A stretch of DNA of 62,926 nt, the filler included, from Globobulimina sp. (taxonomy: Eukaryota): NCBI GenBank assembly GCA_003354225.1. It is 15 parts of 15 records of this genome, joined end to end, with 100 filler letters (N's around TTAATTAATTAA, not from the genome) between each part and the next. Parts side by side here need not be neighbours in the genome. Positions count along the whole stretch, not along the records: positions 8,411 to 12,515 come from PIVH01001604.1; positions 12,616 to 16,719 come from PIVH01001605.1; positions 16,820 to 20,922 come from PIVH01001606.1; positions 21,023 to 25,125 come from PIVH01001607.1; 11 more parts are not named here. One strand, written 5' to 3'. A program made the position numbers and the translations under genes. The notes beneath the pieces are model-generated. The model saw only the letters and a list, made by a program, of their open reading frames with translations, did not search any database and was not told the DNA's origin. Within the stretch, counting starts at the first letter, position 1; the number at the start of each line of letters is the position of its first letter. Positions 9,450-21,242 of this stretch are shown here, piece by piece.

Positions 9450-11861
9450 TTATATTTCTGCATTCTCACTACTTTTATGTTCCTCATCCTCATCTTCCTC
9501 CTCCTCCTCAGCTTCATTCAATTGTCCAATCGAATCACCCATCACACTGTTTAACGTATTATCATTGCTATCCGCCCCGCCATCATTCACATTCACCGCA
9601 GAAATGGAACCGCCACCAAACACTCCCATGACGTCATCCCCGTCGATATCCGGTCGAAAGGTAAAGCCCCGAAACAATTCCTGTTCATTTATCTGCGGCA
9701 CTTTATCCGTGAACGTATCCGACGCCTTCTCCTCCAAATACTTACTCGCAACACACGTCGTATCCGCCACATCGTCCTCGTTCTCCATCTGTGGTATGTA
9801 CGGAGCCTCAATATCTTTATCAAACACTTTCTGCCAATCCACGTCGCCAAACCATCGATGCTCTTTAATATCCTCCACATCCCTCACAAATCCCAACCGA
9901 TTTCGCACCTCCCTCTGCAACAACGCTTTGATCAAATCCTGGCAATCCGTCGCGATCCACGACGCCATCATCAATGGCGAGTCAGTTATCTTTTTGTACA
10001 TTTCCGTGTTGGACGAACTGAAAAAAGGCACAATGCCCACTGTCAACTCAAAGGCCAAAATGCCGAAACTCCACCAATCCACATTCTTATCGTAGGCCAT
10101 TTCGCGGATTATTTCCGGTGCCAAATATTCCGGCGTCCCACAGAAAGTGTCCGTCGATTTAGATTTGACGTCCTTTAAAGGCGTATTCTTGAATTCGTCC
10201 GTTTTGTCGCTGTCACCCAATTTCTTACAAAGCCCGAAATCACATAAACAACAATTACCGATTTCGTCCAATAATATATTTTCTGGCTTCAAGTCTCTGT
10301 TTATATGCAATTAAATTATGATATCATGCATTTTCAGAGTTATTTGGTTGAAATAAGTTCAACAGAAACGTTTTTAATATGGTATACAAAGAAGATATAT
10401 GAACAAAAAAAACACATTTTCGAATATAAATACCTGTAAACGATGTTATTCGAATGTAAACATCCGAGCGCTAACAAGATTTGACAGAGTATAAATTTTG
10501 CTTCGAGCTCTGTGAATTTTCGCTTTTTTTTCAAATGGAACATCAATTCGCCGCCGCGATAATAATCCAATACCAAATATAACTTTGCTTCGTTCTGAAA
10601 CGCATAACGCAGCGACATTAGAAAAGGATGTTTGATACATTTCAAAACCTCGCGTTCTGCGTTGATATTCTTCTCCTGCCCCGATGCGATGATTTGCGTT
10701 TTTTTCAAGATTTTCATTGCATAGATTTTGTTATCTTCTTTTTTTTTCACCAACAAAATCTTGCCAAAGGTCCCTCGGCCGATCACTTGCATAAATTCGA
10801 AATCCCTCACTTTCAATTTTTTCGTCTCAAAGCGTCGCCGACGCCGTTTTTTTTTTTACTTTTGTAACTTTCTCTGCCTTTTTCTCGTCTTCTTCCTCTT
10901 CCTCATCGTCGATATCATCTTCTTTGTCAGCTTGAAATAGCACCGCATTTTCATCATAGTTCTCCACATTCAATTTTTCCTTTTTTTTGGATTTGCCCCG
11001 TATGGATTGCCTACTTTTATTCTGTGCGTGATCGGTGTCAGAATAGTCAGAGTATGGTAATATGTCTTGTATATTATCGTCTTTATCCTCCTCAAAAGTC
11101 AGCATTTCATTGAATTCCTTCTCATCCTCATCCCGCTCATAAATCAACTCCACATCGGCTTTGATCAGGGTCTTAATGATGGTTTTGATGTTTTTTGTGT
11201 CCGTTTTGTAGATAAATACATCGATTTGGAACTGCTGCGTTGTGATGATGGTACAACACGGAATCTTATCGAAGGGGATGCGTTTTTGGCATTTTTTGTA
11301 GGAATTGCTCTCATTTGGTTTGATGTTATACAATGCAAAGTTGGTTAGTAGCAATATGCGAGTTTGCTGTTTTTGCTTCGGATTTATTTTTATGATTTGG
11401 TCGGAATACAATATGGTTTCGCCGCTGTGATGGCCCATTCTTGCGATCAATTTTAAGACGGACTCGTTTTTGGACAAATTTAAGTAATCGCGTTTGTTGG
11501 GTTTGTCAGCGTCGTGATGGAGGTAGGAATTTTCGACGTTTTTCATGCTTTGTATCCACTCTTCACACTCGGATTTGAATTTGCATTGAAAGCACCAGAT
11601 CCGTGTTGGCGTTATGACTTCGAAGTTTTTGTTGTCCACAGTGTTCAGACCGATTATTATGGATAAGTCTGCCACGCCTTTTTGTGTTTGTTTTGTTCTC
11701 TTTGTCTCATCCGAGTAATAATATAATTTGCCATCAGTGAACAATTCAAAATATCTTCGCTTCCAATTGGACACAATTTTGCCTTTTTTATACATCCATC
11801 CCGCGTTTACTAGTGTACCTTCAGCTTCGTGGGAGGTTTCTGTTGAAGCCATTAAACCCAT
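9450..11861 (-). CDS. PH-domain AGC (PKB/SGK-like) Ser/Thr kinase; intron 10297-10433, frameshift in A11 run near 10847-10857
   Basis: GWMYKKG..WKRRYF PH domain; IGRGTFGK, YAMK, YR|DLKPEN across a GT-AG intron, DFG, TFCGTPEYLAPE, AGC tail FRGFTF. Confidence 0.9.
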
Positions 11862-12203
11862 TTCAGCCAGCTACTCGACTTAAAAAAACTGTTTTTGTTT
11901 TTAATTATACACTAAGCCGTATCAGAGGCGTCAGAGGACGAGAAATTGAATTGTTGTGCGTCATGTTTGTGTTTCAATTTCTCTCTGTTCTCTTTTAACT
12001 TGATTTTCATGCAACATTTTTTATATTTTTTGCCTGAATTGCATGGACATTTGAGGTCTCAATCGGTTGGGATGCTCAATATGATTGTCGATAAATTGAC
12101 TGATTATGATCAGTTTTGGGTTTTATTAGTATATATTTAGATGAAATTGCTAATTATAAAATTATTCAATCGCTGAAATACTCATTTTTTATTCTGTCCG
12201 ATA

Positions 12204-12515
12204 ATGGCTGCTTTAGTGAATGCAATAAAATTTAGGTATTTGTTTGATCAATTAACAGATGGTGAATGTGATCAATTTATGTCAAAATTATCAAAATTGT
12301 ATGGCACAAAATTTATCGCATCGTTGTTGTTTAATTCATGGTCTTCAAATCCCAAAACTGTGATATCTGATAATAAAATGATTGATATTGTTGGCATCAT
12401 ATCAGATATTATTCAGTCAAGAGACAATCAGCAAGCAAATGATGATATTAATATTGATACAATAAATCATTATTTAATTGGTGAGATTGCATCATATTTA
12501 AATGCCAGAGATCAT
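12204..12515 (+). CDS. Hypothetical protein with F-box-like motif, 3' truncated
   Basis: IDTINHYLIGEIASYL resembles an F-box start. Confidence 0.45.
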
Positions 12516-12615
12516 NNNNNNNNNNNNNNNNNNNNNNNNNNNNNNNNNNNNNNNNNNNNTTAATTAATTAANNNNNNNNNNNNNNNNNNNNNNNNNNNNN
12601 NNNNNNNNNNNNNNN

Positions 12616-13019
12616 CCTCCACCATATTGTATTTATTATATTTAGATAAAGAAATGTTAAATGAATATTATGCGTTTCTAATTATATTAATATCTGGTTT
12701 TGGGATTGGTGCTGAATGCATAAATTTTTCGCTGGTTCGAGAATATAATGCAAAATATGCAACGGAAGAGGTTGCGACAGGATTTGTAAATGCATTGGTT
12801 GTGTGTGGTGGCTTTATTTATCAATATATTGTCGGTGTATTAATTGATTATCACTGGACACAAAAAAATAAAAATAATGATTATGGCGATAATGTTGTGA
12901 GAGTCTATGATGTCAATGATTATCAATTTGCATTTTCATGTGTCATACCATTGTGTATAGTTACTGCTATTCTTACAACTATTTTAATGAAAGAGACAAA
13001 TGGAAAAAATTTGAAATAA
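12616..13019 (+). CDS. MFS transporter, C-terminal part
   Basis: VRE..ATGFVN...GG..YQ..VGVLID, TM helices, terminal MKET. Confidence 0.7.
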
Positions 13020-13124
13020 TCAATGTGTTGAGATAGTGATTGAATGATATTTGCATGCATGTAAAGAATGTGATTGTTTGAGAAAGTGTTGTTTTGTGAT
13101 TTGTATTTCCTTCCTTCACTTAAC

Positions 13125-13485
13125 TTGTCGGACACAGAGACGTGCTCAGTCAGAGCGTGTCTGTTCATATTGGGTCGACACATAACACTCTGTCGTTTGC
13201 ACCCTTTATGTGTTGATGTTTACCATTGACATCCGATCAATTTATTGTCACAATCTGGGATTGCGTTCGCGCTTCCCTTCAACTCACTGCGCATCCGGTT
13301 TTCAACGTCAGATTATTATTGTTTCTGAGAAACGAAGGCAAACCTATATAATTTTTGCCTTTGTCAGTCACCAGAAACGGTTTGCATCTACCTTACCAGT
13401 TAAAATCTGACGCTGAAAACCGGATGTTCTTTTCATTGTGGTGATCGGACTTCACAGTTGCAGCCATGCAATACCTCATTTTTTA
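13125..13485 (+). ncRNA. Candidate structured non-coding RNA of unknown family
   Basis: At least seven nested helices, mostly closed by plus-strand G-U pairs, a UUCG tetraloop and a T6 run at 13479-13484; intergenic and GC-richer than its flanks. Confidence 0.5.
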
Positions 13486-14160
13486 ACACGGTTCCTACGG
13501 AGCGTAATTGATAAGAATCAAAATTTGGATTGAACGCTATATTCAATTTAACTGGAAACCTATGATAAAAAAAAGGGATGAGCACTAGAATTTTGCATGA
13601 CTTCAACTTTTGGAGTTAATTGCTCACCACAATATTGTGTCTGCAGTGTACCGTTTTGTTTTTGTATAATTATTTTGTTGTTGTGAGGTAGCGGCGAGCG
13701 CCAACCTACTTTAACGCATAAATTCTGTCGACTGTTGCAGCACAAAGACATACAACAAGAGAGAATATCAAAGGTAGAATGGAGTGCAATATCCAAAGAA
13801 CAAACTCTCACAGAAAAAACTGTTTGATCCAGTTTCTGTTCAACCAGGTATGTAAAGAGAAAATATATAACAAAGCAACACAAACTTACTCAATAAACAC
13901 AAACCAATCAAAAATAAATATAAAACTTGCACTTATTAAACACGTGCACTTTAATTCAAATCAAATAGAATCTCATTAAAATCACCATATAAAACAATGT
14001 TTGCATGTTATTATTTGAAATTTAATACGTTTTATAATACTTTTCATTAATAGAGGAATTAATACCGCCTCCGAAGCAATGAATAAAATGTTTAAAGTTA
14101 AAAATACTAACTATAAAAAACTTTAATCAGTCCCCTGTGAATCAGTTCGCTGAGTTCAAA

Positions 14161-15722
14161 ATGGATACTGGATTTGATGGACATTATGGAAGGGAGAAGC
14201 GTATGAAACCAGGCAAGACCTTTTATAAAGGAAGAAACAAACAAGTTTCACGAGATAAAAATCCATCACAATGGTCAGCTTATAACAAAGCACCACGCAT
14301 AAAACACGCGGTCCGCCATCACAATCCATTATCTTCTCAATTATCCAAAACGCGTGAAACTGGCATATTATCCACCAAATCATTACCGCGCATTGAGGAT
14401 GAAAGCAACCAAAACAGCGACGATGATGAGAAAAATATCAACGAAGTTAACTTCCTCATTTGTGCTGACTTATCAATTCTCATTTAACTCAAATCATAAC
14501 TTCTCAAAAACAGACATACTTAGACGCCGACGACACAGATAAAATCTTAAAACTCTCCAAACGACAAATAGATGATCACGACCGCACCAACCGCACCAAT
14601 GCAAAAACAAAGAAAAACAGCAAAATCAAACCAAAATCCAAAGCAAAAAGCCAAAAAAAAGCGTTATTTCAAATCAAATCCTCCAACATCTCCTTGCATG
14701 ACATATTAGGCAACGCGGATGCCGACGAAGTACAAAGTAACGTCAGCAACACCGACATGGCACACATGTCCATGTCCGAAGATATAAAATTGACAGCAAC
14801 GGATGAAAAGGCATTGGAAATGTTCATGCCGCGCTCGGTGCGCGAACAAGTCTCTTTGCATGACATTATCATGAAACGTGTGACCAAAAAGGAAGACGAC
14901 AACATCTCTCAATTGGACGCGGAGAAGCTGATTCAGCGCAAAATCCCCAAGAACGTGATCGCAGTCTACATCGATGTGGCGAATATATTGTCGAAATGGA
15001 GGAGTGGCCATTTACCCAAAGCCTTCAAAATCATCCCGCAGTTGCAAGATTGGGAGGAAATTCTGTATGTCACAAACCCGGACAAGTGGACGCCGGCGGT
15101 GGTGTACCAAGGCACAAAATTATTCGCCTCGCAAGCAAATGCGTCCATTTGTCAGCGCTTTTATAATACGATATTGTTGCCGCGGGTGAGGGACAATATA
15201 CTGTTGACTAAGAAATTGGATTTCCACTTATACCAAGCGGTCAGGAAGGCGTTGTTCAAACCGCAGGCGTTTTTTAGAGGCTTTTTGTTGCCGCTCTGTA
15301 TGGATGAATGTGGCGCGAAGGAGGCGGTGATTTTAGGTGGAGTGCTGCAGAGGAATTCCATCCCAGTGATCCAATCGGCGTTGGCCATTTATAAGTTGTT
15401 GGAGTTGGAGTTTAGCGGCCCGGTGCACTACTTTTTGAAGATTCTGCTGAATAAACGGTATGCGTTGCCGATGAAAGTGATTGGTGCGACGGTGCTTCAT
15501 TTCAAGGAGTTTGAGAATGATCCGAGGCAAATGACGGTGATTTGGCATCAGACGTTTTTGGTTTTTGCGCAGAGATATAAGAAATCATTGACGGCGCAGC
15601 AAAGGAATTCGTTGAAAAAGGTGTTGCGGAAACAATTTCATCATCAGATTACACCGCTGATTCGGAAGGAGTTGTTTCAAAATGTTGTGGATAAAATAAC
15701 TTGCATGGATATTGATATTTGA
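14161..15722 (+). CDS. BYSL: Bystin (Enp1) ribosome biogenesis factor; intron 14446-14513
   Basis: RHHNPL..QL, YLD...KIL, LSKWRSGHLPKAFKIIP..WEEILYVT.PDKWT, KALFKP.AFF.G.LLPL, WHQ..LVFAQRYK. Confidence 0.92.
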
Positions 15723-15848
15723 TTGATTTTGCGTTTTTGTGCATGTACGTAGAGAATATGTTGAATTTGATTTAATTTCTCTGTTGACAAAGTATTTTAT
15801 CATGTGAGCTAATCAACATATTTGTATATAATTCAACTCCGTTTTTAA

Positions 15849-16719
15849 TTGAATGAACAAAGACAACCTTCACTCAAAAATCTTTTTTTTTATCAATGGG
15901 ATATATCGTTTAGTCTAATGGAGCCACCACATAACTCGGATCACAAGATAGAAACTATTAATATTACTGACGAACATGAAGTCGATGAAGACATTATTCA
16001 ACACTTACTACTATGTCCATTTCTTATTTGCTATGTCGCGCCGAATATGATTAAGGATGCTATTAATTTTAAATTTGAATTCAATTTATATCTACTCATT
16101 GATGATACGTTATGCCAATACACATTCGTCTCCGCATTCAATGACGTTAAATTACTAAACAATAAATGCTACACAACCTATAACAAATATTTTCCAATAC
16201 ACAAATTCCCATCATGTATTTATTTATAATATATTCTTTGTCATCTATAAAAACTGACTGATACTATCACTCGACGCAATAATATGCAATGTGTACATAG
16301 TAAATACACTGAACAGAAACACCAATGCAAAGAGTTTAATATTGAGCAACAACTCCGTAAAATGGACACATACAGCATTATAGACAAAGAAATGTGCTCA
16401 AGAGATACATCCCATGTCTGTCAAGGTCCAGGTAGAGTTAGTTGGTGGTCTCGAAAAAAAGAACCGCAACACCAAACGATGCAGACACATTAAGCCATAT
16501 ATTATGCAAATTATTGAATTCTTCTGCATTTATATCCAGCAATGAAAGTGATATAATTTTTAACACATTAAAATTGGAGGATAACATAAAATCAATTATC
16601 AAAGAAAAATCAGAACATTTAAACCGGGCACTATCTGATATTTATAAGAACAAGAATGATCATAAAATATTACATGACGATGAATGGAAACATTTTACAT
16701 TTCATACAGTAAAAGCTGT
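15849..16719 (+). CDS. Fragmented hypothetical ORFs (possible pseudogene or TE remnant)
   Basis: Three short co-oriented ORFs with no recognisable motif. Confidence 0.25.
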
Positions 16720-17024
16720 NNNNNNNNNNNNNNNNNNNNNNNNNNNNNNNNNNNNNNNNNNNNTTAATTAATTAANNNNNNNNNNNNNNNNNNNNNNNNN
16801 NNNNNNNNNNNNNNNNNNNGTTTTTGAAGTATATATTCGAGTTTATGGCAATTCAGCTTATGATGAGAAACAAAGTGAGAATGATGAAACCTTCAAAGTG
16901 AATGAATTGAGTCATATAAAGGAGGAATAAGTGACTATTAAAGGTGATAAGTTAAAGTGAACTTTAAAGGTGAACTTAACATATTATCAATAAATTGTCA
17001 ATAAAATGAAATAGCAAATATAAA

Positions 17025-20000
17025 TTATTGACACTGTGGCCAATACCGAATCAATCTTCTATTGTCCATTTCCAACATTTGCCTCACGACAATCATAAAA
17101 ATTTGTTTCCTAAAATATCTGGCAGATGCTTTAATTTTATTTATTGGCACATTTCTTTGTTCAGCAGCAGAATCATTTAAATTTGAATATACCGGATGGT
17201 CCAAATCCTTCCATATTTTTATATTATAAGCGTTGCTGCATGCTTTATGGCAGCCACCTCCATGACATTCGTCATTTGCAGTGACTGTATCCTTGAAAAA
17301 TACAGGTTCTCTTCTTGTTGCGTAGGAATGATGCCTACAGTTAAAATCCGCAATCTGAAGTTTTGGCGGTTTCCGAAAATGGCAGTAAACTGCAGAGAAT
17401 GGGTCATTCAGCCCTTCATGCTTCGGAACAACATGGAATCCAATACAAATTGCGTGAATTGCACATCTCAAGATCCAAATACATCCAATCAATCCTTTTA
17501 ACTCAGTCCAATATTTTGAACAAGATTCATGATCATCATTATCAACATCCTTTTCATCATCCATTTTATAAATAGGCCGGATTCGTTTCATTTTTGCAGC
17601 ATAATATATTTTCTCAATACCTCAACAGATGGAGGTCTTTCAATATCAAATCTTTTCCTTTTATTAATATATTTATTATAAATTCGATTTGATTTTGTTG
17701 CCATTTTAGCCGCCAATAACCAGAAACAATTTGGAATTTCGACATCAAAATAAAAAATAATTATATACATTAAAGGTGACCATTTTTTAATTTGTAATTT
17801 ATTGGATAAAACTTGATCTTTTCCAGCAATAAAATATGGACAAATATTGATTTGAAAACATTGATAAACGCATTCATTCGATCCAAATACTCGTATTATG
17901 GATTTAACTGCTTCTTTATATGTAATACCTTTATGTTTATATTGTTGTTTTAATGTGATATTATCAAATGACTCAATATTTTGTTCAACATAAATCATAT
18001 AATTTTTTAATTCATCATAATCATTTAATTCTAACCATGAAAATAATTGCTGTTTCTCGTTGTTTGTGATTTTATTTAATTTTGTTTCTCTTTTCATTTT
18101 TGTGAACTTTGTTTGATACCATTGTAAATATAATGTCCTATGTTCAACATTCGAAATATAACGGTTTGATTCAGAAACGTTATTACTTATAAAATATTCG
18201 CCATCAAAAATTGTAGTTGGTGGGCACACAGATTGGGCAAATCTTTTTGGAAACGATACACAAACCCCGTCACCAACTAAATTGTCAACTTCACCCTTAA
18301 AGTTTTTTTTTATGCATAAAAACTCACTGTGAACTGAATGAATGGAAACATACTCTTTGATCAGGATTCAATATTCCACGATCACAAAATGGATCAATAA
18401 AATCCCATCGCCAATCTTGCAACATAATAAAAGCCAACCATGCATTTGTCAATGTACTTTGGCACGGAAAACTAACTGGAGAACCATTATCAATGTACAT
18501 TTTATTCATTATTTTATTATATCCATGGCCAGTTACACCAGCATCATGTACAGAATTTGATTTATTATTTAATACTGAGTGATGATATAAATAATTTGTA
18601 TTGTAATTAAATATATGATCTGATAATCCATCATATCTATTTTTGTGATTACATTCTCTGTTTAATAAACCAATTTTATTTTTACAAATAAAATATACCA
18701 CAGTCACTTTATATGCTCTAATTGGAGTAAATAATACAGATTCCTGTTGGACGCGGTCGAAGTCAACAAAGTCAGCGCCACATTTATTACAACTTGTTAT
18801 CTCAGGCCTAATCATATGATTTGTGTATACAAATATTACAAAACTCATATAAAAATATTACATAACTCAAAGGCCGCCAAAAAAAAATCAGATGTACTCA
18901 TGGTATAATTATAATATTCATCGTTAGCTTCATCGGATGGAATTTGAAAATATTCAGGAACCGGAACTTTTTTATATGAATGAGGTGTAATTATTTCAAA
19001 CTCCTTTTCAGGGCCAACATTTCCATCATCGTCAATGTTATATCTTTGTTGATAATATGAATCGGAATCAATTCCTAAATATTTCAAAACAGAATTCCGA
19101 TGATGGCAGCCCTTCACTTTATGTCTATCGCAACAAATACAGCCATCATTGTTTTGATATACAAACGCTTGCCGACCAAAAGCCACAGAATAAACACAAT
19201 TCCTTATTCCTGTTAAGTCATCATTTATTAATATAACTTTTCTTTCTATGTCACAAATTTGATGTGCTTTAAATGTATGTAATAATTTAGGTAATTTATA
19301 TATGCTGTTAAGATTCACATAAATGTCAACAAATAGACAATGAAAACATCGATTAAAACATCTGAACGTATCACAGCGACACCAATGATCGATTGGGTTT
19401 GAATCAGTATTTGTATATACAATGTGATATTTATTTGTAAATCTATTTTTATTGAAATCGTAATCTCTGAGAATGAATGTCGAATCTTCTCGGTCAAATG
19501 CTTGGTTTGTTATAAATAATTGTTCGTAATATGTTTCAAACGATTCTTGTTTGAGTGAGTTACCAATGAAGTAATTTGCAAAACGCATTTGTAATATATC
19601 AGATATTTTGGTATAACCAGATAAGATTGGAAATGAAAGATGATTTGAGAATGAGTTGGGTATTGGGTTAAATATATATTCTTGCGGTGGTAATATTGAA
19701 TCATTACTGTCATTATTATAATGTGGAGGATTTATATTGTTATTATTTGGATGATTTATATCGTTGTTATTTTGATTTGTATTATTAATATTTGAATGAT
19801 GTGTATTTGCAACTGCGATATCTGAATGAGTCCTAAATAAAAATGCATGTTAATAATTGTTTAATTAATAAATACATAAAGCTAACTTCTTTCTACATCG
19901 GTTTGGCATTCTTCTTTTTGTTTTTCTTTCTTTTTGTGCGCTTGTTTGTATTCTTGTTTTTGGTTTTATCGTTTTTGATCCAGTCTTTCTTGTTTTTGCA

Positions 20001-20053
20001 TTCTTCTTTTTGTATGTCTCTCTTGTTTTTGTCCCACGTATTCTAGCCGGCAT
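17025..20053 (-). mobile_element. KDZ (Kyakuja-Dileera-Zisupton) superfamily transposase gene with SWIM-like and CxC4-like Cys clusters; spliced, one apparent frameshift
   Basis: CRC..F...RCFH (SWIM-like); C..C...LFT....C..YDG..HIFNYN (CxC4-like); LVGDG; CAIHAICIGFH...EGLNDPFS...P...IADFNC..HSY...REP.FF..DECH...C...NDSAAEQRN; in-frame GT-AG introns near 18808-18897 and 18296-18353. Confidence 0.8.
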
Positions 20054-20101
20054 TTTATGCACAATCACAAACACAAAAATAGAAATAGAAAGCGGCGATG
20101 C

Positions 20102-20162
20102 GATTATGAAAATCGTCAGCTTGATTATGAAAATCGTCAGCTTGATTATGAAAATCGTCAGC
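20102..20162. repeat. 21-bp tandem repeat x3 (GATTATGAAAATCGTCAGCTT)
   Basis: Copies start at 20102, 20123 and 20144. Confidence 0.9.
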
Positions 20163-20270
20163 CATAATTCGTAGCTGCAAATCATGGCAACTCACAAATG
20201 TACGGTTTGTTTTTTATGAATTTGATTTGGCCGAATTGAATTCAACCGTACAAAAATAAACAGACAAACG

Positions 20271-20326
20271 AGAATGGATCAATTTAATTCATGGTTATAG
20301 AATGGATCAATTTAATTCATGGTTAT
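20271..20326. repeat. 28-bp tandem duplication (AGAATGGATCAATTTAATTCATGGTTAT)
   Basis: Two exact adjacent copies. Confidence 0.9.
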
Positions 20327-20351
20327 GGGAAGCGGTGAAGAATGAGAACGA

Positions 20352-20691
20352 TGCCGCATTACATAAAGCGGCGTGGAGAGAGATTGTTGCCGCAATACAT
20401 TAAGCGGCGAGTGAATGTCATGCCGCATCACATAAAGCGGCGTGGAGAGAGATTGTTGCCGCAATACATTAAGCGGCGAGTGAATGTCATGCCGCATCAC
20501 ATAAAGCGGCGTAGAGTGAGATTCGTGCCGCATCACATAAAGCGGCGGAATGAATGAGACTATGCCGCATTACATAAAGCGGCGTAGAAAGAGCGCATTC
20601 CGTCATGATCACGGCGGTGGAATGAAAGAGCGCATTGCGTCATGACGGCGGTTGGAAAGAAGAGAGAAAGCTCCGTCGTATATCAAGGCGG
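20352..20691. repeat. Array of palindromic 22-bp units TGCCGC-N10-GCGGCG with 11-15 nt purine-rich spacers
   Basis: Seven full units at 20352, 20388, 20421, 20457, 20490, 20526 and 20563, plus three degenerate CGTC..GGCG units. Confidence 0.9.
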
Positions 20692-21022
20692 TTGTTTGTG
20701 TTTGTGTTTGTGTTTGTTTTTGTTTTTGTGTTTTTTTTTTTATTTTTGTACATGGTATGTTTTTTTGGTGGATTTTAATATTAATTTTGCCCATATCTCG
20801 TGATAACTGGCAATTGAGCTGTGGCTCTTTGCCGCGTTTTGTTCTCCTCTCATTACTGTCACTATAACCATAACATCAATATGTTTCATTAAAATTTTCC
20901 ATAAATATTTGATTATTTTACTNNNNNNNNNNNNNNNNNNNNNNNNNNNNNNNNNNNNNNNNNNNNTTAATTAATTAANNNNNNNNNNNNNNNNNNNNNN
21001 NNNNNNNNNNNNNNNNNNNNNN

Positions 21023-21240
21023 TCCACAGTGACAGTCCGGTGTCCTGACTCTGAGCGTGTCATCATATTCATAACTTCAAGCTATGCGAGTCGGAGTATG
21101 TTAGGCCGACAGTTACAGACTGCGGTCAGACTACGTCTACACTACAGTATGTGCCGGTGCGACCAGTCCGCAAGTCGTAGCGGTAGTGCCTCGCCCAGCT
21201 ATTAGAGGCGGTCGCAATTCGTGATTGTCGCTGGAGGGGT
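21023..21240 (-). mobile_element. Putative insertion-sequence end with structured non-coding RNA (IS110-like?), interrupting the DUF499 gene
   Basis: The DUF499 frame (LEPGRQFKAGTFDSNLSFIQALTEA) is cut by an in-frame TAG at 21240-21242; upstream DNA is non-coding and folds on the minus strand with G-U pairs; the contig breaks inside it. Confidence 0.45.
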
Positions 21241-21242
21241 AG

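Noticed and set aside
13134-13141. ACAGAGA box (U6-like), plus an AATTTTTG Sm-like site at ~13350
   Set aside because: The surrounding U6/U4/U5 consensus is absent and the Sm-like site lies partly in a stem
13292-13426. MITE with 23-bp TIRs
   Set aside because: No TSD, and pairing continues outside the repeat with plus-strand G-U bias; not fully excluded
20312-20557. Repetitive peptide ORFs on both strands of the hairpin array
   Set aside because: By-products of 33/36-bp periodicity; conservation follows the DNA palindrome rather than codons
20352-20691. CRISPR array interpretation of the palindromic repeats
   Set aside because: Spacers are only 11-15 nt, similar or duplicated, there are no cas genes, and the contig carries spliceosomal introns
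21023-21242. Group II intron as the DUF499 interruption
   Set aside because: No domain V or AY 3' end on the plus strand and no GTGYG 5' end on the minus strand at the junction
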